Assembly (NCBI GenBank): GCA_965285935.1 | Contig: OZ260665.1 | Coordinates: 14,756,001-14,820,000, forward strand | Source of the DNA: Ophelia neglecta | Taxonomy: Eukaryota | Direction: 5' to 3' | Length of the DNA stretch: 64,000 bases | Part shown: in pieces, positions 25,610 through 37,689 of the stretch | How the letters are laid out: each line of letters begins with the position of its first letter | Numbering within the stretch: the stretch's first letter is position 1 | Notes under the pieces: generated by a model | The model's database searches: none | Told to the model about the DNA's origin: nothing | What the model saw: the letters and a program-made list of their open reading frames with translations, nothing else | Program-made: the position numbers and the translations under genes

Positions 25610-27325
25610 GGCTAAACCGGAGATTACCATGGTAAGGATACCTTTATCTGAAGTTATGTTTGCCCATTTTTCCACAAAATACTCAGCCTGCCTCCTTTAA
25701 AAAAGGTAAACTTGATTTAGCATTAGCCACCAATGTACGAATCTCAGATTCATGGGAGGCAGAGGAATGAGTTTGACTTACCGATGTTAAGTTAGGCACA
25801 CACAGGGCTGGCTCAGCTATTGTTTCTTCTATTGAGGTTTGTTCCTGCCCACGTGCTGGCGCTTCTTGTCCCTGAATGGCTTTTGCCGGTGGTAACCGTT
25901 GTTGTTGTTTTGATCTTGCCAGTTATTTGGTCCTCTTCGGTTGTTTACATTGCCTTTGTCAGGATACTGTCTGGTCTTGGTTGCCGTCTTTGTTGTATTA
26001 TATGCCTGCTTGGACTCCTTGAGTTTTTTAGGCAAGTCATCCTCGAATAGCAACTCAGTGGGCTTGTTCTTTCTTGAGAACACCCGGCTGGCATTCTCCT
26101 TGAGAATATACCTAAGCCCATCTCTATTAATAAAGGAGAGTTCCAAACTGTTTTCTCCTAGCGTCGGAGATTTGGCCAATTAGTTTACCAGTATCTTCCC
26201 TACCCAAGGTTTTGTTAGTGGTGGCGACAGCAACCAAGTCGTCCGCCATCCTGGCTAGGACCGAGACAGCCCTAAGCAAATTTGTATGTGGTGTAAGGAT
26301 TCTCAAACCTTTGATTTTCGCTTTCGAGTCCATCTGGGCCCACAACTCCTCGTTGACCCTTGGGGCAACGATTAATGGACAGTTCTCAGGTCTTGGATAT
26401 TTCTCACCTATAGCCTGGGCTTCCTCCTTTTTTGAGCCCCAGAGAGAGATTTTCATCGATCATTTGATTCCGAGAAGGGGCCATGCCTTTAAGGTAGTCA
26501 CCCTCTCCCTCTTTGCTAGGATTGTTTCCTGACACACCCTCATCTTGTGACTCAGATGGTATGAGTGAGGACAGGCTACGATGCTTCTTCGCAACTTGGG
26601 TGAGGTGGGAGGCGAGGAAATTGGGTCCGTGCCCTCCTCCGGGGACTTTCCCCGGAGGAGGCATATCTTCGAACTCCACCTCGTCCTCCTCTGGCCCGCT
26701 CTCCTCTCCAGAACCGAGAGGTCCTTCTTCAAAATGTCCCTGGAACTGGCCTTGTTGTCCCTTGGACTGGCCATGCTCTGTTAACTTTTGCATGGTGTTT
26801 GCAATAACAGCCATGTTGGCCTGAAGGCCAGATAGCACATGGTTGAGGGAGCCTTGAGGGGCCTGGCCCGGATCTGAGGCCTCGATGCCGGGATCAGTTT
26901 TAACATAAGGAATAGGGGACTTACCACGGATATCGCTATCCATTGCCTGCATTTCCGCCTTCCATGTCTGGAATGATAACCCAATCCTCCATGATCCAAA
27001 CACCAAACTATCCTCCAAATGAAATCACAAAAAAATCCTATTTTCCAAAAAGTACAAGTAATCTTTTACATGAAATTGAAAGCCACACAGTAAATTAAAA
27101 ACTCATGGTCAGCCACGAGGCTACAGCCACTCACTAACACACTGTGGTCCGTCACTGACGAACGCCAAAGACACACCGAATGAGCGCGAGAAAAGACGCT
27201 TCTCATTTCACTCCGAGAGTGACATGATTTGTGGGAAGTATAATTGGTCTAGTGCTCAGTTATAATGTCAGGATTTAGTTTCGCAAGGCTCCGCGCATCT
27301 GCTTTTAATCAAAAGCCCTTTAAAG
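25610..27325 (-). mobile_element. DIRS-type (tyrosine-recombinase retrotransposon) 5' remnant: terminal region, gag-like ORF, first codons of pol
   Basis: Frameshifted ORF with KYPRPENCPLIVAPRVNEELW..ELLFEDDLPKKLKE, as in invertebrate DIRS gag proteins, followed by GGRL..EKWANITSDKGIL (typical DIRS pol start). RT and YR are absent. Confidence 0.75.
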
Positions 27326-27968
27326 CGCCCTAAATATATAAATTCAAACGCCATTTGCAAAAACACAATAACAAGTTCCGTAGATGTCCAGGTTAATATA
27401 GCCTATATAATGTATATGGCAATGTTTATTATTCGATGTCATAATCTATAGCGGGTCCTTTGAAAGACAACTGCATATGCGAATGTTTTAGAGCAGTTCC
27501 CCTATTCAACTTTTTGGAGGTCAGACTTCAGAAGTCTGGAGCAGGGATATTTTGCTTCCTGTGTGCTCTCCATCTACATGGAAAATGTGTCTTTGACGGT
27601 CGCGAGTCATATTATTAAAGGCAGGGATAGTACGCTTTTCTTCCAAATTTCTGTTTATTTCTGGAATAGCAGTAAACGCAGCGTTGAATGCGAAATATAA
27701 TGCATAGAAACATCATGATGTGTCCGTGGCTTCTACGGTGAACTCCGTAGACACCCGTAGCAGCTCACTTGGTAACCGTGGCTTTTAAATATTTTTGGGT
27801 TCTGTTTTTTTATGGCAAGTACACTGTAGTTTTATGTGCGAAAGTTGCGGCCATAGAAAGGGATGTTCAAAGAAGGCATATGGAAATTATTGTTCTACCA
27901 AATGATGTATTTGTATGCATTTGACTATATTGTTGTTGCTTACAATGAAACGCTAATCGCTGGGGCTA

Positions 27969-28046
27969 GTTTCCCAACAATGACAATGGCAATGATTTAT
28001 TGGTCTGGTTTCCCAACAATGACAATGACAATGATTTATTGGTCTA
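27969..28046. repeat. 39-bp tandem duplication
   Basis: GTTTCCCAACAATGACAATG(G/A)CAATGATTTATTGGTCT occurs twice; also at ~59837-59914. Confidence 0.85.
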
Positions 28047-28199
28047 GCAGTAAAGTACGGAACCTGTTCTACAAGAAGTAAGAGCCAAATAATACAATTG
28101 TTAACAGACATTTGCACTGTATTCCGTCACCCTTTTACGATGCCATAATCAACTTCCATTCGAAAGTCGCCCTGCCTATGCCCTCCGTAAGGAGTCTCC

Positions 28200-28875
28200 T
28201 CCCTTTGCGAAAAGAAAACACGAAACTCCTAGACAGTTATGCACGTGTAAACAATTAATCTTCATTGCACCACCGACAACAGAGAAGACAGTGGTAATCT
28301 GATCTCCCACAGGTTTTATGCCTTGTCATCAAATCCTAGGGTACAAAACTAACTACCCCTGTTATATTATGTCCTTATATATAAAGAATCCAAACATCGA
28401 CTAGATGAACTATAAAAATTTATTAACGAAAACTGGAGACACGGACCGCGCCAAACCGATTGGCTAAACGGTGAGTTCTACGTCGTAATCAAAACACGAA
28501 CCCTGGACTTATCTGGGATTTCTGGTACGTAACCTTTACTACTATAGCATGTAATAAAGTCATATTATAACAACCCCCACGTGTTTTGCAGTCGACGGAG
28601 GCCGGTTAAGGACTGCTGGAGAAATAAGTCTTTCCTCCAGCTGCTTCTGCAGCATTTAAATATTTTACGGAATGTCATAAGAGGCCAATTGCAAGTTTAA
28701 CTGCGAATTTTAAAAGGTATTCTTGAAGGTACAACTCTGTAACAAATCCAGATATAAGCACAATACAAAATTTAAAAAAAATAGACAATGTCCGTTAACT
28801 TGGTCCGCATTTCCGTGACTAGTACCACGGACAACTGTTGACATCTTCTCATTGGAAGTGATATCAATGTTAAGT
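28200..28875 (+). repeat. Unclassified interspersed repeat (paralog of 4370-4905) split by a 213-bp insert
   Basis: Colinear similarity to 4370-4905 on both sides of 28360-28572. Unit 2 copy at ~60068-60745. Confidence 0.8.
28360..28572. mobile_element. 213-bp solo-LTR-like or MITE insertion with 5-bp TSD
   Basis: ACCCC|TGTTATATTATG...CATATTATAACA|ACCCC; absent from the paralogous repeat at ~4530. Confidence 0.75.
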
Positions 28876-29379
28876 TTAAATGTGATTAATTCTGTTTTAT
28901 TTACTGGTTGATCATGCAGTAAGGTGATTGACCATTCAGCGGCCAGTATTTACCGATCATTATTACAGGGTAAAGGGTTTTGTTGATACAGCATGATATA
29001 AATTAATCAGAAAAAATCCTTTTTACCCTCTCTATAATCAGAAGGTATACGAATATATTGAGACACTGTCTCAGTTTGATACTGCTAGTGTGGGTATTCT
29101 GTCCATTCATAGCCAGGGATTATAGTCAAGACAAGAACAAAAAAATTGAATTACAGTGAAACGCGTGTATAACCTGTATAATAAGGTCACTTTATAATAG
29201 CTCCAACCCCATTTATGCCTTTGTTAACTGACCATATATTTCCTATGTATCTTTTCATGAATATCTAAGTAATGTATACAATACTGTTCTTTGATAGTCT
29301 TTAGTAGCACTGACTCAAATTGCCTTCTACACATGATTACGCACTTTTGCTAACCGCCCGCCCCCACCCCACCGCTCAA

Positions 29380-31017
29380 CTAATATCTCAATGGTTCCAG
29401 TTCATATACTTGGTTCCATCCAAGCTGGGTAAGATGTCTGTATCCTACTTTCGCTAGGTATTTAGTCGTGTCAATCAATGGTTCTTTATTATACATGGAT
29501 TCATAGATAATGAAGGCGGGCCGGTAGCCCAGTTCAATCCATTGATGAATAACCTGAGAAAAATGAAATGATAAATAACAGTGATAATTTAATGCATATT
29601 ATTAGCTTTCGAAATAAAACTAATCGGAAACATAATAAAACATTTGAAAATAGAATGAAAGCCTAAACATATGAGAATCTACATTGGGTCTAAGATTAAA
29701 AAAACACACCAAGCAAGGGTTGAGAATCAGAACTTATTAGTACCCAAGAATCTCATTGGTAAAGAAATCTTTGGACAACAACTCACCTTATCGCCCACTC
29801 CTTCTGCGTCGATTGAGAGAACAGCAAACTTGATGGGAACGTGATATTTTTCAGCCAGGGTTTTGACACTCAGACACCGAACTTTGACCTTGTTTCCAGA
29901 TACCATAGACTCAGAAGTTCCATTTCTATTTGCAAGCAAATGATTTTGCATACTGCTTACGTCTTTAGTTAAAAGGAAACTCCACAAAGCCGTCTGCCTC
30001 GCCTATCGCCGCCTGCTCGTATTGTACTTTTTGTCTTTTATCTCCATAAGGGTCAGCAAATCTGAAAGAAACAAATGGCATCAAAATCACACTGTGTGGC
30101 ACAGCTTTATACAAGAGTGAAGAGGAAAGTCTTCACAAGTTTAAACTACATCAGAACGATGTGATCATTCTGGGCGCCAGGGTGCATTACTTTTCTCATT
30201 AAAAATATGTATAAATAGGTTTTACAAGAAGTAACCAAAAAGAAGAAGTAACGCGAAAAAACGAATTTCCATATTTTCATGGTATGTAAATTATGAATTA
30301 TGTTTGCGAATAAGCGTGTGCCTATTTTCTATGAATAATAATAGTGTTCAGATTTTAAATTTGCATATGGATTCTCCTAAGGTTCACTTAAAAAGGCGTG
30401 TTTTTATGATATAAATTCTATATAGAAACGGCATTATATGTTTGATATGAAAAATTCCTGGTTCGGGTTGTTTTACTATTCACCTTTTGCCATTCTTCTT
30501 GGCCATTTCTATCTGACTTGTAAGTGGTTCTACAAGAACAGCATCCCAGCCCAACTGTATGAAGTTAAGGGAATTGCTTGAAAAGGTAACCGTCATTGGC
30601 ACCAATGTCTATAACAAGGTGGGTAAACGGGAAACTTCGCCTGGACAGTATCCGCTTGTAGATGTAGAACACTTCTCCCGAATGGGACACGTCTATTCCA
30701 ATGAAGCTGATAGTCTTTTCAACAGTTTCGTTTTTCTGATTCGGGATGGAGTGAGAAACAGAGAATAGACGACCAAGCGTTTCTTGTGCAAGGGACACAA
30801 ATCCGCCATCTTTGCCTGCAGCCACGAGATTCCTTAATTCCTCATTTTGATTGAAGAATTGATGAGACGTCCAGCCTTCCTTAATATGCAATGAGCTCAG
30901 CTTGGTCCATACTGATGAGTACAGGAACAGTGAAACAAAATCAAAAATTAAAATGTTGACAGCAAGCAACGTCCCAAGAATGATAATTAGGTAATAACTT
31001 TTGCAATGCAGCCTCAT
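29380..31017 (-). CDS. FkbM-family (Methyltransf_21) SAM-dependent methyltransferase with N-terminal membrane anchor, copy 1; exons 31017-30484, 30061-29787, 29553-29380; two +1 frameshifts as assembled
   Basis: Motifs VIDIGANDG..SSNS..GWDAVLVEP, AAIG, LSIDAEG, RPAFIIYE; hydrophobic segment at ~aa 10-33; phase-compatible GT-AG introns (AG|GTGAAT..TTTCAG; AAG|GTGAGT..TCTCAG). Extra A in runs at 30581-30584 and 29977-29979. Confidence 0.85.
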
Positions 31018-32517
31018 CTTCTTTGGTTATATTGGGAAATATATTGGGAAATAAATCTAAGACCACTCGACTTTAAGTGACTGTGTATCTTCCGGACGGT
31101 GGCTGCCCTAACTTCAGAATTCAAACAGCCTGGAACAAAATAGTAAGTATTAAAATTCAAAATAGAATATCCCGAACTAAATACTAAGGCAAATTGTGTA
31201 AAACTATTTCCATAAAGTTTGATGCGTGATTAGTTAATTAAATTCCCAGAAAACAATGTGTATCTAAAATTGGGATTTATATTATATACATCTAGAAAAA
31301 TCAGTAAACGTGAACCTAATTCGTAAATGTTATGTTTCAATGCGTTGAAATTATTGGAGATAAACTGAAATTCAAATGACAATATAAGCAATTTCCATTC
31401 CAATGTGTGATAACGTTATATCTTAAATATCGGAGAATTGCTTATGTAAAGGTCTTATGACATCAAAGATAAATATATACACATATTACTGAGGGAGTCC
31501 TTTCAAATGGGTAATGTACTTATATAATAGGGACTCACGTTGGATGGATGCTACAAAAGCAGCCCTCGCAAATTTTGGTTTAAAATATACGAATCTCATG
31601 ATGAGAAAGTGTGTTCCAGAAATGAGGGGCTGCTAAGCACGAGGGATTTCTTTCAGCGTTGACGGTTTTCCTGCGTTTCTTTATCTCTAAATATATAGCC
31701 AAATAGTGAAACAATAAGTTCACTAATCTAGGTGATTTAAGTTCGGTACACCTTCTCTCATACCAATGCAAATACCGGTCAGGCGCCTGCGTAAGTCTTT
31801 CCTCTGTGTTCATCCGGTCACAATAGACGCAATGCCAGGTAGATTAGAGCACGCCTCTCGGATTATATGTGATCAGCGAACCATGCTGTTTGTGTTAAGT
31901 GGGATTATTTCTTAAGGTGAACGTTGTCTGTCTGCTGTGTACGGCGTTCACGGTGCATAATCACGTTTACAATCTCGTGTTGGAGCTCTGTCTCACGAAT
32001 TAATAATCGTTACACCTATATGCTGACACGTCTGTGTGGCGAGGTGCACACCTTTGGCACAAGGTAAATACTACAAAGAATTACTCAGGCTCAGATATAA
32101 TTATTAAGCCACAAAACATGTATATATATCAGGTGGCATGCCATATTCCAGCATTTTCATTACGACACATTGAAATTATTTCCGTTCCTAACTTAAGGAG
32201 TCATGCTTGAGAGAGGAGAAATGTCCATCCCACATATAAATGAAAATCTACTAAATCTGTGCGTCTTGTACTTACCCGCTTTTCAAAAACTCCACCAATA
32301 GAACAAAATGCTTGTGACTCGTGCACCTTGTTTTTTAACACGTTGCATCAGATAGCTGTGCTTTACGTTAGAGACTGCATATTCATTTAAAGCAACCACC
32401 TACGGGACTGTATGCTTGTGACTTGTGCACCGCTGCATTGGATAGCTGTGCTTTATGTGTGATGCGATGGCAGCATGCCAATTTCTGTGCTTAGTTGTCC
32501 GATAAGTTTAGGATAAA

Positions 32518-33013
32518 ATGGATACTTGTTGCGCATACAATTTTATTTACAAATCAGACCAGAATACCGGGCCTAGTATCCATCAATTTCCAAAAGATGG
32601 CAAAACTTCGGAAATTATAGGAAAAGCAGGTTAATTGGACTACTCTACCGAAGAAACCTGCGCTGTGTTCCACGTATTTTGAGCGTGCGTGTTTCGCGAG
32701 GACGGTAAAATCGTGTGTGCCTGCTGTTCCCTCTCTGTATGGGCTGTTTAGTAAACCGGACAGTCGTACGGAACGCCGACGAAGGCGTGGTGGTGTACCG
32801 TGTTCTCCGGCCGTGATATTGCTTAGCCCGAGCATTTGGGCGACAGACGACTGGGGACGGTTAAGATCCGAAACCCGTCCTGATGGTTCTTGCAGGTTTG
32901 CAAGGTTCCCCAGAAGGACTTCGCTTCCTTTTGGAGAATTTCGTGGGTCTTCCTTTTCCAGACAGTATCAGATTATGTTAAAAAATTACGTCCACAAATT
33001 TGTGGGGGAGTAG
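32518..33013 (+). pseudogene. Decayed THAP zinc-finger domain ORF (unit 2 copy)
   Basis: Same motifs and same lesions as 3530-4025. Confidence 0.8.
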
Positions 33014-34540
33014 GCGACGAGAACAATGAAACATACTGCCATTCCCAATGAAAATTGATTAGCTCTGTCGGGGTAACTTACTATCAAATGAATTTTCTTA
33101 ATGATCCAATAGACTCTCGGGTTTTTTTTTGTAATTTTCCTTCATGTAAAGGAGTAAGCGCAAAATGTAGGGAGTTAGTCAGAACTATACATTTATTGTG
33201 TGTGGGTCTTATGTATCAGACGTTATAGATTTGAATACAATTTAAGATGCCCACTCGAAGACCCTATTTAAATACCCCTACGTAAGGTGGTGACATATCT
33301 ATCGGTGAGGGATGAAATATATATCCCCTCCAGGCTCCTTCTTCCGTCACTTTCATTTATATAAGAAGGTCCCTTCCTTTGCGAAAAGAAAATACGAAAC
33401 TACTAGACAGTCAATAATGCATGTGTAAACAATATATCTTCATTGCAACACCGACAACAGAGATGACAGTGGTAATCTGATGCACTACAGGTATGCTGCC
33501 TTGTCATCAAACCCTAGGGTACAAATCTGACTACCTACACGTGTTTTGTAGCCGACAAAGACCGGTTAAGGCTTGCAGCCTTAAACCTCCAGCTGCTTCT
33601 GCCAAATGGCCGCCACGGCTCGTCGGCTGACGTTTCCCATATCAATATATTTGAAGGAATATTAAAAAAGGCCAATTGCAAGGTTAAAGTGCGAATTCTA
33701 ACATTTGTCTGACAGTGTCATGAAACAAAAAATAAAACAAATATGTAAAAAATTCAGATAAAAGGACAATACAAAGTTACTGATAAGGCATTGTCCGCTA
33801 ACTAGGTCCGCATTCGTCAGCAATCATTTGCTGCATCCCACAACTTGGCGTCTACTACGGACTTCTGTTGACATGCTCTTATTGGAAGTGATTTTCAATT
33901 CAAGTAAATAAATCCGAATTTATTTTTCATCTTTTATAATAGTCCCATTGAACTTCCGTACTATTTTCTGTTGCAACCGTAAAAAGATAAATCATGTGAA
34001 TTGCATGTTAAAAGGGACAAAACCATCTAAGTATAATTTTGTGCCAAAGCACTGGACCACTAGTTCTAATGTGCTATGGCGAAATACCTGGGTCAAATCT
34101 AACCAAATTATTGTGCGTTATTAAATCCAATTGTCCATGTACTTGTCCAGGTGTATTTGAATTTGTATCATATATATTCAACGTTTAGATCAGACAATAT
34201 TTAAATGGCAGCATGCTAGCTTTAATGTGAGAAAGAATTCCGAAATAATTTTCCTTCGTGTTGAAATCATACACTGAACAGTATCGTCTCTTTGCTTATG
34301 CCTGTTATATCTTCTTTTCTCTGAACTGTTCTTCAAATACATCCCATAAAGGATAAATGTACCATTTATGATTACCAATTAGACCAGTCAGACATATTAT
34401 ATGCATAAAATGCATGAACTATCAAGATTATTAGTAGTGTCCTTACACAAAGCTGCTCCTTGGACAATTGTCCTTTGCACTGGTTTCAAATGACCAGAGC
34501 CGTCACGCATTCCCGAATTCGTGAACTTTTCACTCCCTTA

Positions 34541-35706
34541 TGCTACAGTCACACGGCCACTTACGGAAGCTTCGGATGCTTACGGATAAAAATCCGTTAA
34601 AATCCGTATACATCCGCAAGGATCCGTATCATCCGTAAGCATCCGTATTTATCCGTAACCCAATGCGCAGTATCCGCAAACATACGCAGATCCGCAGCAG
34701 GAATTTTGAAAATCTCAAAACTATGGTGCGGATGAAATATACGTAAGCATCCGCAGAATATACGTTAGCCATGCGTAAAATACGTTAGCCATACGTAAAA
34801 TACGTAACCCATACGTAAGATACGTAAAGTCATCCTCAGGATACGTAAGATACGTAACTGATCCGCATCACTATCTTCATGGGAATCTGAAAAGAAACAG
34901 ATGACAACGTTTTAAACAAAATTGTATAAAGCAGCAAGTATTAACCTGGAAGTGATATTATTCATTATAACCTGAAACATAGTGAAAATGTGACAAATAA
35001 TAAATGCTGTCATCGACCTGGGAATATGAGACCCACCCCCATCCCCCGGCCAAACCCCAAAAAAATCCCCACCCTCCAGTCCAACCCCAAAAAGTTTTTA
35101 ATTTGTAGGATTATTTGACAATTTTAAGAGCCAAGCAAAGCTGAGAAAAGTTTAAATCCATTGCACTCATTTAACTCCAAAAATCACCATTTTCAAATAG
35201 GCACTTATTGGCACAAAAAAGTGGCACTAAAGAAGAAGATGTTTTTTTACCTATACGCTTTCTCTTGTCCCTTGCCTTGCCATTTTGTCCACGTCCCTTG
35301 CCACGGCCATCTTTGGGGGATGGAGGTACATGATGACATGCGACTGAAGCAAGCTCCGATCCGCGTCGGTTTATATGCGGATGGTGCGGAAGCCAGTGGA
35401 AGCCGACGTGCGCAGACACAAGCGTAACTCATCTGTATCGTCCGTAAGTCATCCGTAAAATCCGTAAGTCATCCGTAAGTCGTCCGTGACATGTGTCAGC
35501 GGGTTGACAGCGGATGGGCTCATCCGCAGGTTTTACCCGTAATATCCGTAAGTCATACGTAACATACGCAACTAATCCGTACCGTCCGCAGATTATAGGT
35601 AACTTTTGCTCAAACTTCCGTTATTTGAGGTAAAAATTACGCATTTTCATTATCCAAATATACGCAGGCATCCGCAGGTCCGTAACATGGCCGTGTGACT
35701 GTAGCA
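34541..35706. mobile_element. PIF/Harbinger-like MITE (unit 2 copy)
   Basis: Same TIRs; flanks TTA/TAA; one internal tandem unit fewer than copy 1. Confidence 0.85.
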
Positions 35707-37689
35707 TAATAGATAATTTATCTCTAAGTAATCTTTAGGCAGTGCGCCCTACATTCCTAGCCGTTCACGTGCACTAGTGGACCGCGTAGGGATACAATAC
35801 TAACGACCTCCTTTCTCAGATAATGATGTGCGACAAAGGTAATAATCAGAACCGATGACAATATTAGCATGGAAGTTGATGGAATAAATTATATGTGCTG
35901 CGAGCAACTAAAGAAATTGTGTACGAAATCAACAGTAGTACGAAAATAATGTTAGAAGTTTTAGAATTATTTTATAATTCCCTCGCGTACGTGGCGCGTA
36001 CTGAGAAGGGTGGACAAAATACATGACTATTAATTTCACTGTTTTCAATCAGTATTATGTAAATTATCAGTTTTGTACAAAAAGAGGAAAACGTTATGTG
36101 ACGAAAAACTTCATTAGGAAAAATTATTTCTGTTACCATACTATGTTCCCGCATCCAGTACTTGTACCATCCAAAGAAATATTGTTTGTGTTTTCTCTTT
36201 TTCAATTCTTGTATTTCTGACTTTAAACCCCAGTGGTAGTGTATCCCTGAGTAATTTGAACTAAGCTGCTGCTATATTGTGAGCCACGCCTTATACAAGA
36301 CAACAACATACGTATATAGGAATGGCTATTGATAATGCACAGTATATTCCAGTCGATTTTAGGCCATTTCAACTACAATATTTTTTTTATTCGCTACAGT
36401 TCATTGCACTTTTTCATGCGCTGTGGGATTGGACTTCATAGTAATTTGAAGGCAATGTATAGTGATATGTAAACTGGCATGAACCGTTTTCTAGGGAGAA
36501 GGCAAAGGTGGAATTAAACGGAGTTTACTCTCCACTGGGCTTAGCTCCTAATTGTCCTAATTGTTGCTTCTTAATGTAAACACTACACTAGATAGATTGT
36601 TTAGTGGGTTTATCAATACGTGGAATATACCGAGACTAAAATCAATGTGAGATATTGCCCTGTTGATGACATGTCAAAGTGTTTACCTGCAACTCGTATA
36701 TGGTATAGTATCAAGCCTGCTACTTGGTAGAATTCTCAGCCGCAGAGGTTATTTGGGTATTCTAGATAGTAAATGTATTCTCTAATATAAGATTCTTACT
36801 TTAACAATGATTAGCTTGTTTCGTGGACATACTTCTAGTGACTTTGACATAAGATCCTTGACGAAGGAAGACACACAGAAAGAGAAAATATTGTCATTTA
36901 CAGTCCCGCTTGCCGGAAACCGTGGTGATATCGGAACATTATCGCGAGAATGTCGCCTTGAACTTGCGATATTTGTGCGATAAATTCACGACCTGTTTCC
37001 GATATTTGCCGGCAAAATCGCGACCCCCATCGCAACTTTATCGCGACATCCATCGCAACTTTATCGGGATTTTGCTTAGATCGAGACGGGGGGAGAAGGC
37101 TGGTCACGGCATATGCCTATCCAAATTACTACGCTGCATTCAACATCTCTGTACTTCCAGGGAGTATGTACATGTATATTTCCATTAGGCTGAACTGATT
37201 TAAGAAGATGGATGTTGATTGCAGATCGGTCCTTATGAATCTGTATAAATGTGACTGGCTGGACAGCACAACCGGGCTCCGATGCAGAAAATGTTAAAAT
37301 ATCTTTTATACTTTATTATGATTTGTAGCACGTTGGCTAGGAAATGTATTGAACCAGCCCTGTTTGATGTCATCTCGTGTTAATATCATGGGCCGATCTG
37401 AAACATTCCAATCAGCCTGGCTTGCTGAGGGCTAACACCACACGCGATCGCCCTGAATGCCGCTAAATTACTAAAAGTTATGTGTGCGTGTTACCAGGCA
37501 CCTTATAGTTTGATTGTGGCCCAGAGACCTGGGTAAATACTGCCTAATTATGTCATTGCCTAATTAAACGCTTCTCACAGTTATCGAATACAACTGGCGG
37601 GAAAGAAAATGTTTTTTTTTACTGGCTGATCAGGAGGTGTACATCTCTAGACTGACTTGCTACAAGGGACCGACTGGTTACATATAGTA

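Larger units (their letters stand above)
3100..32128 (+). repeat. Tandem segmental duplication, unit 1 (~29 kb)
   Basis: Colinear near-identity with 32129-63940. The ORF track repeats with offsets 28988, ~32216-32229, ~31828 and ~31875. Confidence 0.97.

Noticed and set aside
29380-31017. FkbM gene as bacterial contamination or recent horizontal transfer
   Set aside because: It has canonical spliceosomal introns and is embedded among animal TEs; any older transfer would need a phylogeny.
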